A stretch of DNA of 64,000 nucleotides from Nitrospirales bacterium (GTDB lineage: Bacteria; Nitrospirota; Nitrospiria; Nitrospirales; UBA8639): NCBI GenBank assembly GCA_965203295.1, contig CBDBCZ010000018.1, positions 2,208,001 through 2,272,000 on the forward strand, in the 5' to 3' direction. The position numbers and the translations under genes are program-made. Shown here piece by piece: positions 54,595-64,000 of this stretch. Numbering within the stretch: position 1 is the stretch's first letter; the number at the start of each line of letters is the position of its first letter. The notes beneath the pieces are model-generated. The model searched no databases. It saw only the letters and a list, made by a program, of their open reading frames with translations, and was not told where the DNA came from.

Positions 54595-55976
54595 ATCTCA
54601 GGCCCTGCGAAATACTATCATCCCCTGTATGTACAGATTTGCAAGGTATTTGGGTAACAGTACAATGTAAGATAACCTTTCTTTTCAGCTTCCAATTCAG
54701 CAAGACTGCGCTCTAACTGTGACTCAGATTCAGATTCATGTCTAATCCGATCTTTTGCCTAGTAGCAGCAAAGGAAAGGGAAATAAGTTCAAATGTAATA
54801 TAATCATTTACAAGTCTCACCATTTGGACAGCTTTTTGGAACACTTCAGACTCACTAATGTCTCTACTAGCTGCCACCATGAAGAAGCTGAAATTTTAAG
54901 AAGACAATTGCTATATTATTCTGTATCCAAACTGCATGGGTAAGAGTTGACTCAATTAGTCTACCAGGCTAGTAAATGGTTCGTGAAAACTCTGCAGTTG
55001 GTTGCTGGTAGTATACGTATACATCTAACATGATCAGCTGTAATCTAGCAAAAACATGCATATGTACATATCACACATACGTATGTTACTTCTCTACATA
55101 CATCATTCACAAATGGCTTTTACTTACCACTTTTTCCAGGTCTGCTATCTTGCCATACAAGGCATCTCTCTCAGCTTGAGCTTGACTCATTAGCTGTTGG
55201 TGGGCCTCCAGAACTGCTGCCTATGAAGGAGAGGTATTGGGAGAATCGTTTCAACAGCAGTAGAATCAGCACGGCAGACTTGTCTCAATTCCACCCTTCT
55301 CATTTTTTTCCTTTTGAGCTTCCTCCCTTTCTCTTACAAGCCTCTCAATTTCTTCATGACCCAAAGTATTCTCCCTATAGAAGCAATATGTAGATGTAAG
55401 CTGTATCTCAATTATCGCAAATAGCTAGTATGTTTGTACACGTGTTCTAGCTGTTGAGGTGGGTAATATCGTACTAACAGTATGAACCTGTGTTCAGGTT
55501 GTTGCTTCAACTTTGTCATCTCTTGCTGATAGGCTGACAGCAATGCTTTCTGTGACATGTCCTTGTTGATCTGCGCAGTGTTCTTGATACTTTTTGCCCT
55601 GAGTATTCAAGTGTGGATATAGAAAGAGAATACAGCTAAGAAAGAACTGATATGAAGCATAATCAACTGTTTTAATAAGTGTAAAGAATGCAGATTTAGC
55701 CACTGACTCTGAATACAACACTAGGTGAGCTAGTAGTGATGGCTGTCAGCAGATATGTATACAACTCAACTGTTCCTAGTATGAAATATGTACGTGAACA
55801 GGCTGCTACATATTTGCATGTAACATTAATTGGAGAATAATAATAGCATGCTTCCCTTACACCAGAATAAATTCTCATGGTAATTTTTCATTGTGGGTAT
55901 AATTACGTAAAAATAAGTACTGGATACTGGTATATACGTATGTACATGCGTACCTCTGTTCTTCAAAATCTTATAT
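54595..55976 (-). repeat. Inverted duplication, arm 1 (partner 62611-64000)
   Basis: Reverse complement aligns continuously with 62611 to the window end, including introns. Confidence 0.92.
55128..55598 (-). pseudogene. Kinesin neck/coiled-coil exons, motor domain absent, +1 frameshift
   Basis: Exon 55598-55488 reads RAKSIKNTAQINKDMSQKALLSAYQQEMTKLKQQ; the middle exon has A7 where the other copy has A6; exon 55220-55128. Confidence 0.75.
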
Positions 55977-56188
55977 TCTTTCTGCTTCTTATGGATTCTG
56001 CTTTTTTTCAGTATAGGCATGTACTTAAATTTCTTTGTAGCATCACACATACACGTACATGTACATGTATTCTAAGATGAGATCTTTTGGACCAACGGGC
56101 TTCAAACTAAAAGTGAAAAGTTATTCACATTTTGGTTTTCACATCATTATCCATTTTTAGTGAGCATGCAGCTGCGACTGCTGCCATA

Positions 56189-56524
56189 ATAGAGAGTTTT
56201 CACGTGTCGTCACAGAACACATGCTCCAGAAGTATATCCGTGTCACGTTCCGTTTATGCCCACTTTTGCTCAAAGTACGACTAGATTGGCATGTCAAACA
56301 GTGATCTCAGAAACAAGAGCTGCTGGGAACTTACGCATTCAGTATCTCCACTATCGCTGTGAGGAAGTTTCAGGAGGGATAAATTGAGTGGATCTGCCAT
56401 CTAGACTACGAGTACGAGAGTAACTTCCGGTGTTTATGAGTATGGCTATGTACTTTTACTGCCCACCAAAATGACGCCCTGGTAACAGTTTCTACATGCG
56501 GATGATGTCAATGAAAACTCTATA
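56189..56524. mobile_element. Short TIR element (ISL2EU/Kolobok-like termini)
   Basis: ATAGAGAGTTTTCACGTGTCGTCA is inverted to GATGATGTCAATGAAAACTCTAT; superfamily assignment is inference. Confidence 0.55.
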
Positions 56525-56680
56525 TTGCACCATGCATGCCCAAGTAGTGATTCATTACCTGCATCTCTGCTTGCCCACCATATACACCTACTTCATAAGT
56601 AGTTCAATAATACACAGTCTTCCAAACAGCTCACAGGACATGCACTAGTCATAAATATCTAATGTACATGTAAGTAGTAC

Positions 56681-58551
56681 CTTCAGCTCAACTTCACCAA
56701 CTGGTAGGATTTTCTTCAAGAGTGGTAGGACACACATCCGGTAGTAGTCCACCTGTGAAATACATGTATACGTAGGTATAGAAATCAAGTGTGTGCCACT
56801 GATGAGAGGCCCTTGGCACATGTATATTCCGGGCAGAGAGGCTGGCCATACATGCAGGCTCTCAAGTGTGATTCAGGTTACTTTCTGGTAACACCAGAGG
56901 ACTCATAGCTTCTCTCAGTTCCTCGTGTGGACCCCGACACTATACTTAATTACAAGCTGTTTGAGGAGGAGGTATAACATGTACAGCATGTATGTACTCA
57001 CTGATGGATCATCTGGTCCACTGGTTAGCCTAACCTCTAAGTGTGACACAAACAGAAGATTTCGCAAAAGGAGCCAGCATCATCAGAGGCTCCAAGAAGT
57101 ACCCAATCGATCGCTGACAGCGGCAGTCATACTACAATTTCCCTCCCACTAGTAATCCAGGATGGTAGAACACACTATTACCTACAGTATGAAGATGTTT
57201 GTGACCCCAGTAAGAATGACTTCATGAACATATATATAAGCAAGCTAAGGTAGATATTGGAATTGATTGCAACAGAAAACATTAACTCACACCCAGTACT
57301 CCAAGCCTTTTTCACCTGCAATCAAAAAAATAGCAGGTGAGAAATGCAGGGAGGGCTGGGTACAAGGAATACAATTGCTACTTCTAGCAAGTTCATGAGA
57401 CCATAATAACAGCAGATCAAACACACAAAAATTATTATATACCAGCAACCTTATCTGTTTCATTGACTTCAAACCTGGAACCATTTGTGAATTTGTCTAG
57501 AAGTCCTGCTTCAAGCACTGTAGATCAAATAAAACCACAGGAGCAAGCTCTTTATATGTAGCTTTACTACATGTGTAAATGGTGGGCTTATATACTGAAA
57601 ACATCAGCTCATCAGTGCAGAGTATAAGCTACACATATCTGACTAGCAGCTACATGTAGTACCAACAGGCTCCCTAGCATATTAAAGCAACGGTCCTAAA
57701 GTGTTCGGAAGCAAAGATGACTATAGTGTTTGTGTTGAAAAACCGTTCTCTTGGCAGATTACTTAAACAGCTGGCAGAGCTCACAAAAGTGGAGTGTACA
57801 CTAGGCCATAACCTGCCATCTCGATGGCTTCATATATGAACAAGGAACCTACTGATCAAGTATTCCGAAATAAGTATGATTGCTGTTACACCCTGTCCAA
57901 ATTTATTACAATTCAGATGTTGTTCCAAATGCACTATTCACTTCGAATTGCACTCGTAATGCAACCAGGAAGGTAAATAGCACTCGGCTTTGCCTCATGC
58001 AATTGATTCCTTCCTGGTTGCATTACTTGTGCAATTCATCCTAAATTGCACAGCAACCCATGCTATTACGTATACAAACTGCAAGCTTTGCAAAAATTGC
58101 ACAAAATGATCGCCGGAGCAGGTACTGCAGATTAGAGTAGCTTTTTGCAAATTACGGCTTGCACAAGACATTAAAGCAACGACCTTCAGGCTCAGTGAGT
58201 CTCGCCTGCAAGACTACCACCACAATGACCTGAGCCTAGAATAATTTCTTCAACATCACTGGACACAGATGATTAAAAAATATGCCTCTAGGCAACTATA
58301 ATTTGACAATTTATTCACTACCCCCACCCACTCACCCGTACAGTTTCCCCCAGTTGTATGAAACCTTGGGTAGTAAATTTAGTGGGTAAACTGCCTTCAG
58401 TGTATATACTCAGACCTCTTAGTCCTGGTTCATCTGCATCTCCTCGTACTCTAGCTATCCTCACTGGTCGAGAGCTGAGTGTAGATAGTACTAGTCGCTG
58501 CCGAAAGTAGGTACAGCCTTCGAAAGTCAATAACTTCGATCTGGGGTCCAT
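56681..58551 (-). pseudogene. RCL1: RNA 3'-terminal phosphate cyclase-like protein pseudogene, first four exons
   Basis: Exon 58551-58416 MDPRSKLLTFEGCTYFRQRLVLSTLSSRPVRIARVRGDADEPGLR; exon ~57517-57455 LLDKFTNGSRFEVNET with donor read as ATAAG; exon ~57181-57002 YHPGLLVGGKL*YDC..IGYFLEPLMMLAPF with a TAG and a 4-bp frameshift before GLTSGPDDPS; exon 56752-56681 VDYYRMCVLPLLKK. No later exons found. Confidence 0.92.
57945..58037. mobile_element. Foldback element with CTCGGCTTTGCCTC core in RCL1 intron 1
   Basis: Arms GAATTGCAC..GTAATGCAACCAGGAAGG / CCTTCCTGGTTGCATTAC..GTGCAATTC. Confidence 0.65.
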
Positions 58552-61500
58552 CTGACACCGCACCACGTGCTAAAAGCTTAGAGTGTGTGTGGCTCAACAT
58601 CGGCAGCCACACCCCCAGTTCATCTCTACACCGTACTTGTCCCATGCCAGAGGCAGTGTGCTCTCCTCGTGTCTTTGCGTGAGTCGATATGTGGTTATGT
58701 TTTTTTTAGATCCTATATTCCCAGCCCCAAGCCACATTTTTAATGAAGGAGACCGGGATTATTTGAGTGGCATACTGGCATAAGTATCTGGTTGAACACA
58801 TTATAGACTACTAGCTAGCGCTGTAGTGCGCAAGCTGACGGGGTATGTATGCATGTCAGGACAACAGCTTGTGGGAGTGGTAAACTAAAGCGGCATCACG
58901 ACAGCTGTGCAATTATAGGAATGGATTGCATCTGCTTGACCATGAATTGTGTGATTCATCATAGATGGTTTCATGTACATTTCTTTAGGCCTATACTTCA
59001 GATCAAGTATATGGAGAATGGTGTACATAATTCCACTTCTACAATACAGCTCACCGTAACATAGAGCTGTACTTGCCCATATGTATAATACTGATTGTGA
59101 ATCTCACTATTAATGCAGGTTCTACGCAGACGGCATGCTGCTATAACATGGAGACCCAGAGTGAAGAAATACACGTACTGCAGAACAGGTAGGAATTTCC
59201 ATCATTGTGGAATCTACTGAATGGTGCGTACTACTGTATTCGTACTTCATAGTACAATGACCAAGTTTATTATTAGATAAACCGGCTCCACTCCAGGTTG
59301 TATCTTGCGATTTAATTCTCCAGCATACGTATTACGTCCGAGTGAGTATATGTGTACAGGTTAGTATGTATATTTACATACATATATAGGCATGTATGTG
59401 TATTGGCCGCATTTTGTGAATCAGTGCTATTTTATAAAAATAATCTGTTACCATTGTATAAATCTATGAACTGCACAGTGCTAACACTATCTAACCCTAG
59501 CCCCAAACCGAACTCTAACCCTTATCCTAACCCTAGCCCTATAAAAATAAGAATGCACAGTGCAATTTATTTACATTTTTGAGTCAGCTTAGTGTTGGCA
59601 GTTATGTAGTAGCTACTACTTTCCTGCAGCATTATCTTTTTTTGCAACTGACTAAGCTTGCTCCAGAGATATTATTGTTACTGTTGTATAGCCACACAGA
59701 TTTATTATAGGTGCATAGAAGTGGGGAGTGGAGACTGGTAACGATGCTACGTATACACACACACACATCATAAGGCTGTAGTATTAAGAAGTTGCCCAAA
59801 GAATAGATAAAGTGATCTATCATATCTTACAGCTGTTATGAACTACACTGACCGATTGAAGGAACTAAAGGAGCTTGTTGGGTATGTTTTTATGTCTTAT
59901 GTATTGTGATATTGAATTGTTGCTGATGAAGTATTGCATAACACAGGAATGTGATTTTAATTTCATGCATTAATTGATGATACCTAGCCATAACTAGTCC
60001 ATTATTGTATGGTTAGTATGTATAGTCCATAATATATTCGTGCTATTTTTATAGGTACTGTAAACTGTGCTATTACCAATGCTAATCTTTACTGTACGTA
60101 GCTATTTCATGTAGTAGATAGCATTGTGAGTAGCATACACACATATGCACCGGCATAGGAAGCGGGGGGCTGAAGCCCCGCTGAATGCAGGAAGCAGGTT
60201 GCTGTGTCCACCTAAAAATTGTGCCAATGAAGAATTCAGTTAACTGTCTGCACTGTACAACTGTTGTGTTCTTGCATTGATATGGTAGCCCAGAGGCATA
60301 GTCAGTCTTTTTTCACCCCGGCTCCGTGGCGCTCACACAGTGTCACTGCTGTTTCTTTGTAGCTGCCAAATCAGTCCCAATTTTTTTTTCTGCACTGTGT
60401 GGAAACACTATCTGCCGCTGTGCAGCCTCTTGCGCCAGCCTCCGTATCCCGAAACACTTTCCCAAGCCCCTGGGATAGTGGTGAGAACCTTGGTAGTATT
60501 CTAGCAATCAGTACCTCTATCTATCCACCCACAAACAAATGTTCATGCTCAGCATTAGTGACTGTAGTTAAGAGTTAATATTATTAATCTGGAAGAATAA
60601 ATTATATGTCAATCAGGATGGTACTGGTTGATTAATTAAACATGTGGTTGCTCTTTCTCTTGTCCTCTGACTGGAGGTCTTGCAAGCTCCGCCTGTGTAT
60701 GTGGGTGCGTGGTCAATGATGTAAGTGTTATGGCCGCAACATGAGTATATATTATAAGCGACTGCACAGAAGCAGTGAACTACACACATGCTAGCTACGT
60801 AGTGTAGTACAGTCTTCATTCTCTTTTGAGTACTGCTTTGCATATATAGCACCTGGGATGCTACACCACTGAAGTAGTTGTCATGCAGGATATTCATTGT
60901 CACTAAACTGTTTCTACAGGGTGATAGTGCTTTCACTTGATGAAGAAACTATGCGGGATTGTAGCCCTTTGTAGTTAAATTCTCAATAGCACCTTTTACT
61001 CTACAATACAGCTTGCTAGATTTACATGTAGGTTCTTATCATTAGAGGCTTGAAATAATTATGCTGAAAATAATAGCAAGACATTAGCATAAAGCATGAT
61101 TCTAGAGTAGTAGCAAACCTCATCGTTTATTGGTGGCATGTGCCAAGATGAGTGGGCCAGCCCTGCCCTCCCGCCGGCAATGCAAGAGGACTGGCAATAG
61201 TTTTCTTTGGTTGAGTGGCTAGCTAGCACTCTATGATAGTATCAATAGCGTCTGATCAAGTGATCGGTGTATTAGTGTCATCATACTTGTCTTTCCTAGA
61301 ATGCTCACTTAATAATTTTTGTTACAGTGTAGCAAAAGCTGTTATTTGAGAAATAATTTGAAATAAAAATCAAAGAATTGGAGAATAGCATTTATCTCAA
61401 GCCTACTCTTCATAATTTGAGATAATGCTGATTGAGCTTGTAAATTATTTTGCAATTAATTGTCCACGTGGATGATGCTGGGCCTGAAGTAGGAATGCAT

Positions 61501-62610
61501 GATATATACGTACCTATGTGTACAGGATTTCCAGTCATGGGGGATAAACAGTGAGTCTGACTTGCTTCAAAGAATGGATCATTATCTTCCTACTCCAAAA
61601 CAAATTAATTGCTGACACTACCATTTACGTATAATTGAAAGCACAATCAAAACAAAATTTAAGGAAGAAAGGGATTTATAACGGTATCAAAGCATTCAAC
61701 CCTGTATTAATTACCCTCTTGTGTTGATCCCATTATTTCTTTGTAGTGTCTGCCAGTCAATACAGTACATACAGCGTGGCTTCCAGGAGCAGAGTAATCA
61801 AAGCCTGTGTACATGTATGAACAGCAGTAGATCAGCTAAATGTAATGACTTGGGAATGTTGTAGTGTACACTGCCTCCACTTGGCAGCCATTACTTGCAT
61901 GAACAGTATGTCACTTTTGCTAAATGTACAGGTATATGTCAGCTCCATATACATGTACGTAGTTTGTCCTTCCTTCCCATGGCTACAGTTCTGCTCTCTG
62001 TTCATGTGGACTGTTAGTAGTGATATTTATAAACGACAAGAAAGTACATATGGCTACAATATGTGCGCCCAGGCTATCAACTTGGCAGTTTTCAATGCAC
62101 ATCACATTCAAATGGGTGTATGGTACTTTATTGGCTGTTGCGTGCATTTCTTATCCAGCTGCTCAGTGCACTATCTTCGTGTCTTACACCCTGAAGGGTT
62201 AGTCAAAGAGGCCATGCAATTTGTAGCAACACCTAAGAAAGAGCTATGTATGTATATGCGGATCTGAAGTCTACAATATAGTTGGATAGGTTACAGTATA
62301 CATATTAACTGTTCCTAATTATACATTGCATTATGTTTATGGTTTACTAAGTAAGTGGAAATACTATTAATACCTTACACTTCCATGGACAGCATCTGTT
62401 AGGCTGCTAACTGGCCAGAAGTTGTATTACACTAGCACGTTCACATACATACACACATGTGTACGTATGATAGGTTTTGTGTGAACAACAGTGCAGCTAG
62501 CATGTCTCTAGTAAGTATGCAGAATCACTCAATACACTCAAATTTGCCAAATGGTACTGTACATGTACAAAACGTAAGTGCAATGAATTATGTATGCAGC
62601 AATAACCCAG

Positions 62611-64000
62611 TATAAGATTTGGAAAAACAGAGGTACGCATGTACATACGTATAATATACCAGTATCCAGTACTTATTTGCACGTAATTACACCCACAATG
62701 AAAATGTAGCATGAGAATTTACTCTGGTGTAAGGGAAGCATGCTATTATTATCCTCCAATTAATGTTACATGCAAATACGTAGCAGTCTGTTCACGTACA
62801 TATTTCATACTAGTAACAGTTGAGTTGTATGCGTATCTGCTGGCAGCCATCACTACTAGCACACCTAGTGTTGTGTTCAGAGTCACTGGCTAATTTTGTT
62901 TTCTTCAGATTGGTTTGTCTTTACACTTATTAAAACAGTTGATTATCTTCTTATCAGTTCTTTCTTAGCAGTATTCTCTTTCTATATCCACATTTGAATA
63001 CTCAGGGCAAAAAGTATCAAGAACACTGTGCAGATCAACAAGGACATGTCACAGAAAGCACTGCTGTCAGCCTATCAGCAAGAGATCACAAAGTTGAAGC
63101 AACAGCTTGAACACAGGTTCATACTATATATTAGTAGGATATTACCCACCTCAACAGCTAGAACACGTGTACAAACATATTAGCTATTTGCGATAATTGA
63201 GATACAGCCCACATCTACATACTGCTGCTCTAGGGATATTATTTTGGGTCATGAAGAAATTGAGAGGCTTGAAAGAGAAAGGGAGGAAGCTCAAAAGGAA
63301 AAAATGAGGAGGGTGCAATTGAGACAAGTCTGCCGTGTTGAATCTACTGCTGTGTAAACGATTCTCCCAATACTTCTCCTTCATAGGCAGCAGTTCTGGA
63401 GACCCACCAACAGCTAATGAGTCAAGCTCAAGCTGAGAGAGATGCCTTGTATGGCAAGATAGCAGACCTGGAAAGAGTGGTATGTAAAAGCCATTTGTGA
63501 ATGATGTATGTAGAGAAGTAACATACGTATGTGTGATATGTACATATGCATGTTTTTGCTAGATTACAGCTGATCATGTTAGATGTATACGTATACTACC
63601 AGCAACCAATTGCAGAGTTTTCACGAACCATTTTATAGCCTGGTAGACTAATTGAGTCAACTCTTCCCCATGTAGTTTAGATGCACAATAATGTAGCAAT
63701 TGTCTTTTTGATTTTCAGCTTCTTTAAGGTGGCAGTAGAGACATTAGTGAGTCTGAAGTGTTCCGAAAAGCTGTCCAAATGGTGAGACTTGTCAATGATC
63801 GTTATATTACAGTGCAAATATTTGAACTTATTTTCCTTTCCTTTGTTGCTACTAGGCAAAAAACCGGATTAGACATGAATCTGAGTCCCAGTTAGAGTGC
63901 AGGCTTGCTGAATTGGAAGCTGAGAAGAATAAGTTAGGTTGTACTTTGACCCCAATACCTACCAAATCTGGGATGATATATATTTCGCAAGGCCTGAGAT
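62611..64000 (+). repeat. Inverted duplication, arm 2 (runs off the window edge)
   Basis: Reverse complement of 54595-55976. Confidence 0.92.
63006..63479 (+). CDS. Kinesin-family neck-linker/coiled-coil exons (partial, open; motor exons not seen upstream)
   Basis: Exons 63006-63116 RAKSIKNTVQINKDMSQKALLSAYQQEITKLKQQLEH, 63234-63312 DIILGHEEIERLEREREEAQKEKMRR and 63387-63479 AAVLETHQQLMSQAQAERDALYGKIADLERV; GT-AG, phases consistent. RAKxIKN is the end-of-motor kinesin motif. May be a pseudogene fragment. Confidence 0.7.

Noticed and set aside
59490..59540. CTAACCCT-like repeats as telomere
   Set aside because: Only a few degenerate units (similar at ~37290-37325), more like a transposon-internal motif.

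Overview
Eukaryotic, intron-rich, AT-rich animal DNA; a demosponge-like origin is my impression from the repeat inventory, not something the sequence proves. No prokaryotic operons, CRISPR arrays, rRNA or bona fide tRNA genes. Layout: (1) 1-4991 modular 163/249-bp satellite array ending at a TTAA-flanked palindromic element; (2) ~9-29 kb a tandem segmental duplication (offset ~11-12 kb) full of decayed LINEs and non-autonomous DNA transposons, with exons 2-3 of PCMT1; (3) 31.5-36.6 kb a spliced PSMG2 copy with one in-frame TGA and no detectable last exon; (4) 40.4-47.2 kb the 3' half of an NPC1-like sterol-sensing-domain gene with lesions; (5) 50-51.5 kb a LINE RT remnant; (6) 54.6-64 kb an inverted duplication of motor-less kinesin neck exons flanking an RCL1 pseudogene. 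Overall it reads as a satellite-adjacent mosaic of duplicated, truncated housekeeping-gene fragments. Most notable signals: tiny palindromic TAG..CTA elements with 9-bp TSDs (down to 21 bp), foldback elements sharing a CCGAGGCGAAGCCGAGG-type core, a Helitron-like insertion with its empty site visible, and the PSMG2 TGA. Protein identifications come from remembered family sequences, not database searches.
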